Positions 10,380 through 18,940 of a DNA stretch of 64,000 nt are shown piece after piece. The notes under the pieces were generated by a model. The model ran no database searches, was not told the origin of the DNA, and saw only the letters and a program-made list of their open reading frames with translations. Origin of the DNA: a virus. The stretch covers positions 1 to 64,000 of the IMG/VR virus record IMGVR_UViG_3300035092_000015; one strand, written 5' to 3'. How positions within the stretch are numbered: position 1 is the first letter of the stretch; every line of letters starts with the position of its first letter. The position numbers were made by a program, and so were the translations under genes.

Positions 10380-10843
10380 GCCGCGTCCTCCTCAACCTTC
10401 GCTGGGGTGGTCTTGCGGGGCCGCCCGCCGCGACGCTTCGGCGCCGGTTCCGGCTCGGGGGTCGGCTCGGCGACGATGGGCAGCGGGTAGGCTAGCTGGA
10501 CCCGGGCGATCTGCGCGGTGGACAACGCCCAGGTGGTGTCGTTGTCGGTCCGGAGGATCAACAGGTCGGAGTTGGATCCGGTGGTGGTGGTGGCGACGGC
10601 GACAAGCTCGCCGACGTACTGCTGGTCGCCCATGGCGGCGACCCGGCCGAACCAGCGCTCGAGCACGACCCGGTGTCCGACGAACGGGCGCATGATCTCT
10701 TTGCGGGCTGGGCGCTTCAAGCGCCACAGGGGGGTCTCGATCGGGTCGAGTTCGCCTCGGGTGGGCTTGGTGTCGACGGGCTGGTCGGGCGGGGAGATCG
10801 GCTCGGCCGGGGCGGCGGGGGCGGTCGTGGTGGGGTCGGACAT
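10376..10843 (-). CDS. Hypothetical protein with basic (AT-hook-like GRPRK) C-terminus
   Basis: AAGGAG RBS, KRRGGRPRK tail. Confidence 0.6.
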   Translation of the reverse strand: MSDPTTTAPAAPAEPISPPDQPVDTKPTRGELDPIETPLWRLKRPARKEIMRPFVGHRVVLERWFGRVAAMGDQQYVGELVAVATTTTGSNSDLLILRTDNDTTWALSTAQIARVQLAYPLPIVAEPTPEPEPAPKRRGGRPRKTTPAKVEEDAA

Positions 10844-10845
10844 GG

Positions 10846-11022
10846 TCAGTTCTCCTTCTGGTTGAGGTACTGCAGGTAGTCGGATTGGCGGATTCGGAAC
10901 TGGCGCCCGACCCGGGTGTACGGGATGGCGCCTCGGTGGAGCAGCCGCATGACGGCCATCTTCGACACCCGCAGGTCGCGGACGATCTCGGCGGGGGTCA
11001 GGAACGGGTCGTCGTCGTTCAT
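10846..11022 (-). CDS. Excisionase/MerR-like HTH DNA-binding protein
   Basis: FLTPAEIVRDLRVSKMAVMRLLHRGAIPYTRVGRQFRI matches the HTH_17 pattern. Confidence 0.8.
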   Translation of the reverse strand: MNDDDPFLTPAEIVRDLRVSKMAVMRLLHRGAIPYTRVGRQFRIRQSDYLQYLNQKEN

Positions 11023-11288
11023 AGCAGTTCCAGCCCGGGGAAGTAGTACACGTACTCGTCCAGGGCGCGGGGTCCGGTCCGGACGATCGCGGCGAGCAGG
11101 TGCGCGTCGCCGACCCCGATGTGGTGTACGGCGGCGAGGATCAGCAGGCACAGTTTCTGCGCCGTCCCGACCAGGGCGGGGTGTCCTCCGTGGGCGTGGG
11201 TGGTGCGGATCCCGGCGTCGCGGTTCATAGCCACCCACCGGTCGGTGTTGACGATCAGGGTGACCCTCTGCTCGGCGGGGGCGGTCAT
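11019..11288 (-). CDS. Hypothetical protein
   Basis: ATGA-coupled ORF. Confidence 0.5.
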   Translation of the reverse strand: MTAPAEQRVTLIVNTDRWVAMNRDAGIRTTHAHGGHPALVGTAQKLCLLILAAVHHIGVGDAHLLAAIVRTGPRALDEYVYYFPGLELL

Positions 11289-11473
11289 GGGTGGGCCCAC
11301 GGCTTCGGGCCGTTGTCGAACGCTGTCTGCATCCGGGCCATCCGGGCGTCCCACTCCGGGGTGTGGACCAACCCCCGTGCCTTCTCGGAGTTGTAGTGCG
11401 CCAGCTGAGAGATCCAGTCGGTGTTCGCCCGAGCCCACCGGCGGTACTCGGGGTTGGTCCTGCGTCTGAACAT
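11285..11473 (-). CDS. Hypothetical protein
   Basis: GAGGAG RBS, ATGA overlap. Confidence 0.55.
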   Translation of the reverse strand: MFRRRTNPEYRRWARANTDWISQLAHYNSEKARGLVHTPEWDARMARMQTAFDNGPKPWAHP

Positions 11474-11548
11474 GTCGTGCTCCTCTCTGGTTTCACGTGG
11501 ATCCGGGGAATACAGCGAGGGGGCCGCCGTAGCGACCCCCTCGGTGTG

Positions 11549-12382
11549 TCAGACTGCCGCCAACTCAAGCTCGGAGTCCGCCTGGCGTGCGAGTTCGATG
11601 GCCTTCTTCGCCGCGCCGCGCCCACATCCGGTCGCCCGCATCAGCTGTACGAGCGAGATGTCCGGAGCCTGTACGGCCAGTTCGCGTGCCTTCTGGGCTG
11701 CCACCATGCGCTGCTTGTTAAGCTGGCGCTGGTCGACGGCCGTCTCGACTGTCGCGACCTCGATCGGCGCAACCGCATCGAATCCCCGGGCGAGCTTAGA
11801 CTCGACCTGAAGCTCCATCGCCTCGATCTTGGCGAAGTCCGGGCGGACCAGAACCCGCAGGATCTGGGCTGCCGGGATTACTCCGACGATGAACCCCGCC
11901 AGGACCCGCAGGATCCAGTGGGGGGCCGGGGCCATCACGTTGACCGCGATGGACGCCGTGACCGGGAGCACCATGATGTACATGGCGACCTTCTTGGAGC
12001 TGTCGGACGCGGCGGGTTCGCCAGCGATCCGGATGCAGTTGACGATCAGCAGGTCTGCGGCGATCGGGACTCCACCTACCAGCAGCAGCATTCCCAGGAT
12101 GTGAGTCACCTCTTGGAGGAGGAGGGCGTAGTTGCCCACTGGGGTTGTCACGTGCAGGTATGGGAGGATCAGCCCGAGCAGAAACGCGATCTGGTGGGGC
12201 ATTGAGACGCCGAGGGCGATCTTCGTGATGCGAACGCTGTTCTTCGCGATCTCGTCAAGCGCGTCGAGCATCTTCTTTGCCGCGCCCTTCGCGTGTTCCC
12301 TTGCGAAGAGCGCCGCCTGGCTGACCCCGCGAGGGGCGTCAGGCGTGTTGTTGGCGGCAGGGGTGGCGGTGTCGGCATTCAT
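11549..12382 (-). CDS. Polytopic membrane protein with C-terminal HTH (DUF2637/SpdA-like architecture)
   Basis: GAAGGAG RBS, four TM segments, C-terminal ISLVQLMRATGCGRGAAKKAI HTH-like segment. Confidence 0.6.
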   Translation of the reverse strand: MNADTATPAANNTPDAPRGVSQAALFAREHAKGAAKKMLDALDEIAKNSVRITKIALGVSMPHQIAFLLGLILPYLHVTTPVGNYALLLQEVTHILGMLLLVGGVPIAADLLIVNCIRIAGEPAASDSSKKVAMYIMVLPVTASIAVNVMAPAPHWILRVLAGFIVGVIPAAQILRVLVRPDFAKIEAMELQVESKLARGFDAVAPIEVATVETAVDQRQLNKQRMVAAQKARELAVQAPDISLVQLMRATGCGRGAAKKAIELARQADSELELAAV

Positions 12383-12561
12383 GCCGATCTCCTTCCGGTT
12401 GTGGAATCCGGGCTGACTCCCGGTGCGGGGGGTGGGTTCGGCGCGGCTCCTGCCGACGAGGTCAGCGCCGGCAGGGCACCCCTGCCGGGCGCCGCGCGCC
12501 CCACACCCCCCTGATCGGGGGTCAGAACCGGGGGCCACTGCCCCCTGCTCTGTCTGTTCCG

Positions 12562-12578
12562 CTGTGGAGTTCTCAAGG
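12562..12578 (-). promoter_or_regulatory. rrn boxA-like antitermination element
   Basis: Minus strand reads CCTTGAGAACTCCACAG, resembling actinobacterial rrn leader boxA, in the leader downstream of a strong promoter. Confidence 0.55.
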
Positions 12579-12634
12579 TCCGGGTCTCGCCGGGGTCCGC
12601 CCCGGGGGGCGTCCGGTCCGGCTGGACTGCGTCC

Positions 12635-12664
12635 ATTTTACCACGGTGCCACCCCCTGTGTCAA
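12635..12664 (-). promoter_or_regulatory. Leftward promoter with embedded operator palindrome
   Basis: TTGACA-N18-TAAAAT, with TGACAC-AGGGG-GTGGCA overlapping the -35. Confidence 0.75.
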
Positions 12665-12681
12665 GTCCGATTCCACACGAC

Positions 12682-12711
12682 TTGCCACCGGGGGTGTCGG
12701 GATGGTTTCCT
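12682..12711 (+). promoter_or_regulatory. Divergent rightward promoter/operator
   Basis: TTGCCA-N18-TTTCCT, with TGCCAC-CGGGG-GTGTCG. Confidence 0.5.
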
Positions 12712-12737
12712 AGACGCTGGATGAGAGGAGCTTGGAC

Positions 12738-13190
12738 ATGGTCAACGACCACAGGGTCAACCACAAGCAACGGCGGGGCATCGCCCGCACCAGGTGGACC
12801 TCCGAGCAGCACGACCGGTACAACGACCCACTGGTCGACATCGAACTGGCCCGAGCAGACGCCGGGCGGAGACCCGAACCGCTGGTCCAGGTCACCATGA
12901 CCCACCAGACCGCCCGGCAGATCATGATCGCGCTCGGGATCAACTCCACCCGGTACGGGCTGGAGGTCCGGCAGCTCCTGACCGGGCTGAACATCATGCT
13001 GATCGGGATGGTCGCCGGGCCGGAACCGAGCACCCCCCACGGGCCGGGCCACGGCTGCCGCACCTGCCGGATCCTGAAGCCGATCCACCCCGGGTCGGCG
13101 TGCTGCAACGCCTGTTTCTGGGAGAACCCGGAGCAGTACATCGAGTTCCCGACCGTCTGCGAGCACCGGCTCGAGGCGCTCGATGTCTGA
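12738..13190 (+). CDS. Hypothetical protein, Cys-rich C-terminus
   Basis: GAGAGGAG RBS, CxxC/CCxxC motifs. Confidence 0.6.
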   Translation: MVNDHRVNHKQRRGIARTRWTSEQHDRYNDPLVDIELARADAGRRPEPLVQVTMTHQTARQIMIALGINSTRYGLEVRQLLTGLNIMLIGMVAGPEPSTPHGPGHGCRTCRILKPIHPGSACCNACFWENPEQYIEFPTVCEHRLEALDV

Positions 13191-13359
13191 CCTCGGGTGG
13201 TGCCAAGCCACGACGACAGCGCAGGCGTTCGGCAGCTCCTGGGCCTCCTCGACCTGGTCCTGCCAACGCCGCGCGACCCGCGAAGTCGACGGCGAGAAGC
13301 TGTGCTGGCAACATGCCAGGATCGCCGAGAGGTCCAAGCAGGAGGCGGGCCGTGGTTAG
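13183..13359 (+). CDS. Small putative Zn-binding protein (58 aa, not in ORF track)
   Basis: C...C...CWQH pattern, overlaps both neighbours in operon fashion. Confidence 0.45.
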   Translation: MSDLGWCQATTTAQAFGSSWASSTWSCQRRATREVDGEKLCWQHARIAERSKQEAGRG

Positions 13360-14224
13360 CCTCCGGCCGCAGGACCTGCCCCAGCTGCGCGACGATCTGG
13401 CCCGGTTCGGCCAGACCGACATCGGCGCCGCGATGTTCACCCTGGTCGACCAGTACGACAGCGACACCGCCGCCACCGCCGAATCGATGACCCAGGCGTT
13501 GCAACTGGCCGACGCGACCCTGTTCTACGTCACCCCGGAGATGTGCGAACTGGTCGACGTCGCCGCCCGGACCCTGCCGGAGTTCGCCATGTCACCCGAC
13601 GACCCGCCATCGCAGGTCGGGCTGGCCTGGCTGGCCCGCCCCATCTGCGACGTGACGATGGACGTCCCACCCAGGCCGATCGCCGCATGCGCGACCTCCT
13701 GGATCACCACCGGCGGGACCGTCCGGCTATCGCAGCACCTGGAACGCGACACCCTGCCGATCGAACGGCGGATCCGGGACAAGCTGCCCGGGTTGGGGTT
13801 CCCGGTTGTGTTCCCGATGGGCGCCTGGGATGCCCCGCTGGACGAGCAGGGGATGCCGGTCGCGGTGTCGAATGGCGCCACCCGGCACATTCTGGCGGCG
13901 ATCAAAACCCTGTGGTTGTTGCTGCGACAGCCGATGACTGAACAGGAGGAGGTGGTCCTGCCTCGGCCGGTGCGTCGCCGGCTGGCGCGGGAGGGCAGGG
14001 AACCGCCGCCGGTGCGGGTGATCCGGCTGCGCCGCCCGCCGGGGCGTAGCTCCGAGCCGGGGGAGCCGGTGCAGTGGCACCACCGGTGGATTGTGCGGGG
14101 CCATTGGCGGCAGCAGCCGTTCGGGCCTGGTCGGGGTCTGCGCCGCCCGCAGTGGATCTCGCCGTTTGTTAAGGGGCCGGAGGATGCCCCGTTGATAGGA
14201 GGAGAGAAGGTGCATCTGCTGTGA
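13352..14224 (+). CDS. Conserved phage hypothetical protein
   Basis: GGAGG RBS, C-terminal WIVRGHWRQQ...WISPFVKGP motif widespread in phage proteins. Confidence 0.65.
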   Translation: MVSLRPQDLPQLRDDLARFGQTDIGAAMFTLVDQYDSDTAATAESMTQALQLADATLFYVTPEMCELVDVAARTLPEFAMSPDDPPSQVGLAWLARPICDVTMDVPPRPIAACATSWITTGGTVRLSQHLERDTLPIERRIRDKLPGLGFPVVFPMGAWDAPLDEQGMPVAVSNGATRHILAAIKTLWLLLRQPMTEQEEVVLPRPVRRRLAREGREPPPVRVIRLRRPPGRSSEPGEPVQWHHRWIVRGHWRQQPFGPGRGLRRPQWISPFVKGPEDAPLIGGEKVHLL

Positions 14225-14598
14225 GAGATGGACTGGTTTATGAACAGCCGGATCCGCGTGAGTCCAAGCTGCCGCTGTGGGCCCGGCAGCGGTTGGCGGG
14301 GATGCGCAGCTGGGTGGCGTACGCCCGGGACCAGATGGTGGAGGCGCAGGCCGCCGCCCAACAGGCGATCGCCGGCACCGACCCGTCGGTCACCGACACG
14401 GTGTACGTGTTGGAGATGGGGGCGACGGCCAGCGAGGTCGGGCTGCCGCCGGGGCAGGTGGTCCGGTTCAAGCTGGGCGAGAAGCAGGGGATCGACGCCC
14501 AGATCGTCGACGGGAGGTTGGAGCTATCGGCGCACCGGGGGCAGCTGGTGCTGCGTACCCGGTTCCAGAACGAGGTATACGTCCAGGTCGAGCCGTGA
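14221..14598 (+). CDS. Hypothetical protein
   Basis: GTGA coupling. Confidence 0.55.
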   Translation: MRDGLVYEQPDPRESKLPLWARQRLAGMRSWVAYARDQMVEAQAAAQQAIAGTDPSVTDTVYVLEMGATASEVGLPPGQVVRFKLGEKQGIDAQIVDGRLELSAHRGQLVLRTRFQNEVYVQVEP

Positions 14599-15275
14599 CC
14601 TGGTCGGAGTTCAGCCATGTGTGGTCGGCGCTCGACAGGAGGATCCTGATGGGAGACAGCAAGATGGAGACACGCAGGTCACAGCTGGACCGGGAGATTG
14701 CCCGGCATCGCGACAAGCTCGAACGGGCGGAGGCGCTGCGCGAACAGCTGGCGGGCGTCCCGGATACCGACCCGTTCCCGGACGGGATGGTCCTGGTGTT
14801 CGACGCCCGGTTCGCCGGCAGCGAACGGACCTACTCGTACGCGGCGCTGCGGGCAGCGGGCCGCTGGTTCCTGACCGGGACCCGCGAGGCCAGCGGCGTT
14901 GGCGGGCTGGCCTGGGCGGAGTTGGTCGACTGGTGGATCGAACACCGGGTGGACATGGTCGGGTTCTACGAGCAGACCTCGGTGCACAGCCTGGGCGACC
15001 TGCCGCAGCCGCCGGCACCGCCGAAGAAGGTCGAGATCCGGGGCGGCGGGCGGGTCCAGAAGGACGGCACGACCACCAGGGCGTTCCCGGTTGTGTTCTG
15101 CGGGAACTCGGGTGAGGACCACGACGGGCACATCTGGCACTCCACCGACGCCTGGGCTGCCCAGTGGTGCGCGGGGCAGGGGACGCTGTCCTGCGAGGAC
15201 ACGGGCCGCACCCCACCCCACGGAGCGCATGTTTGGCACCAGGACGGCCGGCGCCTCCACTGCATGGGCGGGTGA
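14595..15275 (+). CDS. Hypothetical protein with C/H-rich C-terminus
   Basis: GTGA coupling, YSYAALRAAGRWFLTG motif. Confidence 0.55.
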   Translation: MTWSEFSHVWSALDRRILMGDSKMETRRSQLDREIARHRDKLERAEALREQLAGVPDTDPFPDGMVLVFDARFAGSERTYSYAALRAAGRWFLTGTREASGVGGLAWAELVDWWIEHRVDMVGFYEQTSVHSLGDLPQPPAPPKKVEIRGGGRVQKDGTTTRAFPVVFCGNSGEDHDGHIWHSTDAWAAQWCAGQGTLSCEDTGRTPPHGAHVWHQDGRRLHCMGG

Positions 15276-15283
15276 CATCCGAC

Positions 15284-15312
15284 TTGACACCGGGCGTGTC
15301 ATCTGGTAGTAT
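15284..15312 (+). promoter_or_regulatory. Promoter with perfect operator palindrome
   Basis: TTGACA-N17-TAGTAT, with TGACAC-CGGGC-GTGTCA. Confidence 0.8.
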
Positions 15313-15362
15313 GGGTTCTGGGGGGAACACACCCCCAGCCCCACCAGAGAGGAGCCACCCGG

Positions 15363-15614
15363 ATGTCACGACTGGCCGACCGGAGCATCAGCACCACCCA
15401 GGTTGACGTCCAGAACCCCGCTACTACGATCGTTGACGAAGACGACTTGGCCTGGCGGGTCGAGTGCGAGGGAGGCTGCAAACGGCGGATCCACGTCGCC
15501 AAGCGGGACTACACCCCGGTTGACTACGCCGACCCGAACGGCCCGCTGACCTGCACCGAGTACAACCGCCCGGGAGCCCGCCGCTGCGCGCTGTGCGGCC
15601 CGTTCACCAAGTAA
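15363..15614 (+). CDS. Small Cys-rich protein
   Basis: GAGAGGAG RBS, CxxxC and CxxC, followed by a hairpin. Confidence 0.6.
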   Translation: MSRLADRSISTTQVDVQNPATTIVDEDDLAWRVECEGGCKRRIHVAKRDYTPVDYADPNGPLTCTEYNRPGARRCALCGPFTK

Positions 15615-15670
15615 CACCCCCGGCCGGGGGGCAGCCGCCCCCCGGCCACAACCATCTGAGAGGACCCGAA

Positions 15671-16825
15671 ATGACCGAGCCCCGCACCCTCACCCGCAAC
15701 GCCAGCCTCACCGACATCCACACCCTGCTGCTCGGACAGCACGCCCGCAAGGTCGACATCATCGCCCCCATCGGCGCGCTGCTGGCCGACGCCGGGCGGC
15801 TCGTCGTCAAGGGCGAACCGCAGGTCACCACCGACGGGGTGTCCCCCGACAGCGTGTTCCTCCCGACCGCCTTGTGCGACGGCGGGATCGCCGATCGGGT
15901 CGGGCACGACCTGTCCGCCAAGTACCTGTCCACCTGCCGCGAGAAGGCCATCGACCTGTACGACCAGAACGTCAACACCTGGCTGCAGCACCCCGACAAC
16001 GCCGGCAAGAAGTACCTGGTCCGGGGTCTGACCAACGACGACGGCACCGCAATCGCCCGCGCGTTCCTGTCCGACAGCTACAAGGTCATCGACAACATCG
16101 ACGTCCTGATGACCGTCCTGGACGGGCTGCGCGAAGCCGGAGTCGACGTCGAGGTCACCTCGTGCGACCTGACCGACCGGCGGATGTACCTGCGGGTCAA
16201 GTCCGAAGCCGTCGCCCTGGCCGTCCCGGAACTGGTCCGGGGCTACCGCAGCCCCTACAACGGCAAGACCGGCGAGGAGCTGCCCCTGATGTTCGCCGGG
16301 TTCGAGGTGTCGAACTCGGAGGTCGGACACGGTGCCTTCTCGATCGCTCCCCGGGTGATCCTGGAAGTCTGCGGCAACGGAATGACCCGCCGGTTCGACG
16401 CGGTCCGCTCGCAGCACCTGGGCGGGAAGCTCGAAGATGAAGGGACCATCGTCTGGTCCCAGGCCACCCAGGAGAAGAACCTCGCGCTGATCCGGTCCAA
16501 GACGGTCGACGCCGTGAAGGGGTTCCTGTCCAGCGAGTACCTGCAGAAGGTGGCCGGCGAGATGGCCGCCGAGGCTGGGGTGGAGATCGCGAGGCCGGAG
16601 GAGACCATCAAGCACGTCGCGAAGACGATGCGCTACACCGAGGAGCAGCAGGCCGACATCCTGCGGATGTTCATCAAGGGCGGCGCGGTGACCGCGATCG
16701 GCGTGATGCACGCGGTGACCGCGTCGGCGCAGGGCCAGCCCGACGCTGACCTGGCGGCGGACATGGAGGCGGACTCGATGCGGGTCCTGTCGCTGGCCGC
16801 CGCCCACGGGCGGGCCACCCGCTAA
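15671..16825 (+). CDS. DUF932-like phage/plasmid protein
   Basis: RAFLSDSYKVIDN, SNSEVGHG and VCGNGM motifs. Confidence 0.7.
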   Translation: MTEPRTLTRNASLTDIHTLLLGQHARKVDIIAPIGALLADAGRLVVKGEPQVTTDGVSPDSVFLPTALCDGGIADRVGHDLSAKYLSTCREKAIDLYDQNVNTWLQHPDNAGKKYLVRGLTNDDGTAIARAFLSDSYKVIDNIDVLMTVLDGLREAGVDVEVTSCDLTDRRMYLRVKSEAVALAVPELVRGYRSPYNGKTGEELPLMFAGFEVSNSEVGHGAFSIAPRVILEVCGNGMTRRFDAVRSQHLGGKLEDEGTIVWSQATQEKNLALIRSKTVDAVKGFLSSEYLQKVAGEMAAEAGVEIARPEETIKHVAKTMRYTEEQQADILRMFIKGGAVTAIGVMHAVTASAQGQPDADLAADMEADSMRVLSLAAAHGRATR

Positions 16826-16885
16826 CCGGACCGGCCCCCACCCCCCCCGGGGGTGGGGGCACCTCCCCGCCACGAAGGAGAAGCC

Positions 16886-17656
16886 ATGAGCGGCAGCAAG
16901 ATCGTCACCGACCAGACCAGCTACAACGGCGAACCTCGGGCCCTGCCCGATGTGGCCAGCGAGCACTACACCGCGATCGACGGGGTGGAGGTCATCGCCC
17001 GCGAGTTGGCGGTCTCGCCGCACCCCCGGTGGAAGGACCAACACCCGCAGACCCACCATTTCATCACCAAGCTGCTGCTGGCCGACGGGCGCGAGGTATA
17101 CGAGTGCAACCACTGCCACCTGCACGATCCGGAGTTGAAGTCGATCAAGGCCCACCTGACCAAGCACCGGCCCAACCCGCCGCAGCCGTTGACCGACGTG
17201 GAGACGATCCGGACGGTGCTGCGGGAGGTCGAGCGGGCCCGCCGGCTGTACGGGGTGGGCCGGTACGGTAAGTACGCGGTGGACGCGCTGACCCGGCTCG
17301 GGGTCCGTCCGGCGACCGGCGATGAGTGGACGGTGGCGAAGGTGACCAGCCTGTACGGTGCCTACAAGGACCGCTACCCGGTCCGGGCGCCGAAGGTTAC
17401 CGCCCGCCCCGTGCAGCGGCGCCCCCGGGTCGTCGCGGCTGCCGTCCCGCCGGCCCCCGAACCGACGGTGGTGGTGTCCGGCAGCAACCGCGACCTGATG
17501 CAGCTGCTGGTCCAGATCGACGCCATCGTCCACCACGCGATGCGGGCGGTCGCGGCAGCAACCGACCCGGATGAGCAGATCGTGGAGAAGGCCGCCAAGC
17601 TGGACCAGCTGGTCGCCGGCCTGGGCGAGGACACGATCAACAAACTGCTGGCTTAG
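16886..17656 (+). CDS. C2H2 zinc-finger DNA-binding protein
   Basis: GAAGGAG RBS, YECNHC-x12-HLTKH. Confidence 0.65.
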   Translation: MSGSKIVTDQTSYNGEPRALPDVASEHYTAIDGVEVIARELAVSPHPRWKDQHPQTHHFITKLLLADGREVYECNHCHLHDPELKSIKAHLTKHRPNPPQPLTDVETIRTVLREVERARRLYGVGRYGKYAVDALTRLGVRPATGDEWTVAKVTSLYGAYKDRYPVRAPKVTARPVQRRPRVVAAAVPPAPEPTVVVSGSNRDLMQLLVQIDAIVHHAMRAVAAATDPDEQIVEKAAKLDQLVAGLGEDTINKLLA

Positions 17657-18054
17657 ACCCCATCCTCCGGCACCTCTCTGGCCTCGGCCGGGGGGGTGTC
17701 GCTGTAGGTGGGTTCGGTGTTGTCCGCCGCGTTCAGGTCCAGCGCCAGCTGCTCCGCCTCGTTCTCGTCCTTCTCGTCCTTAGGGACGCGGATGACCACA
17801 CAGGTCGCCAGGGTGGCGATCGAGTTCGCGTCGACCGACAGGAACACCGGGTCGCCGGTGCGCATGTCGGTTGCCCGGCTGAACACCAGCAGCGTCTTGC
17901 CCTGGCGGGCTTCGGCCCACGTCCGGGTCATGTGCTCGTGGACCTGGTCCTCCTGCGCGTCCGGGTCGGTGTCGTCGGGCAGCTCCAACGAGTCGATCAC
18001 CTGCGCGCGGTGTCCGCTGGCCAGGGTCATGTCAACCACATACTCAACCTTCAC
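17653..18054 (-). CDS. Acidic hypothetical protein
   Basis: AAGGAGAGG RBS, last gene of leftward arm. Confidence 0.55.
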   Translation of the reverse strand: MKVEYVVDMTLASGHRAQVIDSLELPDDTDPDAQEDQVHEHMTRTWAEARQGKTLLVFSRATDMRTGDPVFLSVDANSIATLATCVVIRVPKDEKDENEAEQLALDLNAADNTEPTYSDTPPAEAREVPEDGV

Positions 18055-18752
18055 GGTGCCTCTCCTTGTGTCTCCGACGGTGGGGGGCTATCGACATCCC
18101 CCCGTGGGGGTTTCAGTGTCTCCGTGACCAACGGGAGTACCTTCGCGATACCTTCGGACAGCGACCCGTGCGGGTCCAGTGCTGCCATCCGGGCGACGTT
18201 GATGAACAGAGCGCCGGTGGGCAGGCCGTGGCTGCGGACCGGGATGGTGTTGATGATCGGACGCCACGCCGCCTCAACTGCCTTCCACACTCCGGGCGAC
18301 CCGGCGACCCGGATCTGCTCGGTCGGGTTGACCAGCCGCTCCAACGGGTTCGGCTGGGTGTCCCAGATCGGGCTGTACCCCAGATCGAGTGATTCGCACA
18401 TCCCGGCGAGGCTGTCCAGTTCGGGTTGGGCTATCGGGTAGGTGACGACGGTGGGCAGCGGTCGGACCCGGATCGGGCCGGTCGCCAGGTGCAGCCACAT
18501 CTCCGGTTCGGCGGGTTGGCACACGAACACCAGGTCGCAGTAGTCGGCGAGCGTGTCGAGCCGGCTGGTGGTGGGGATGGCCCACCGCTCGAGCAGATCC
18601 ACCGTCTCGGGTGGGGTGCCATCGGGGGGGGCCCAGACCATCCCGTGGGGGTGGTAGGCGATCACGGAGTGGTACCCGTAGTCGCGCATGGCGAGCGCGA
18701 GCGGGATGCCGCGTTCCCAGTCGAGCCCGATGACCCCGATGCGTCGTTTCAC
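18051..18752 (-). CDS. Degenerate Rossmann-fold protein resembling NDP-sugar dehydrogenase N-terminal domain
   Basis: RIGVIGL start, CDLVFVC, but lacks the canonical GxGxxG. Lies at the end of the glycan cluster. Confidence 0.4.
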   Translation of the reverse strand: MKRRIGVIGLDWERGIPLALAMRDYGYHSVIAYHPHGMVWAPPDGTPPETVDLLERWAIPTTSRLDTLADYCDLVFVCQPAEPEMWLHLATGPIRVRPLPTVVTYPIAQPELDSLAGMCESLDLGYSPIWDTQPNPLERLVNPTEQIRVAGSPGVWKAVEAAWRPIINTIPVRSHGLPTGALFINVARMAALDPHGSLSEGIAKVLPLVTETLKPPRGDVDSPPPSETQGEAP

Positions 18753-18763
18753 CCTGCCGCCTC

Positions 18764-18940
18764 TCAGACCGCCGATGAGAACCCGGACACGGCCTCGCGC
18801 GGGTGATCGACCTCGCGTTGTAGCCGGCGCAGCGTGGCCTCCAACGCTGGATTGCCGGCCAGTTCGGGCAGCTTCGCGAGGCGCGCGCCGTCCAGCCGGG
18901 CCACCGTGGTCGGGACGTCCGCCGGATCCGGGTTCGTCAC
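18764..18940 (-). CDS. FxSxx-COOH RiPP precursor-like peptide (58 aa)
   Basis: AAGGAG RBS then GTG. Sequence ...LAGNPALEATLRRLQREVDHPREAVSGFSSAV* has the FxsA-type leader and terminal F-x-S-x-x. Confidence 0.7.
   Translation of the reverse strand: MTNPDPADVPTTVARLDGARLAKLPELAGNPALEATLRRLQREVDHPREAVSGFSSAV

Noticed and set aside
10846-11022. Excisionase implying an integration module
   Set aside because: No tyrosine or serine integrase or att-like site is recognisable in the window. HTH_17 proteins are common generic regulators.
15524-17536. 670-aa minus-strand ORF and many similar long antisense or alternate-frame ORFs (e.g. 46279-47913, 56917-58455, 54240-55616, 34294-35628)
   Set aside because: Shadow ORFs typical of high-GC DNA. 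They overlap genes with recognisable motifs and RBSs and have no motifs of their own.
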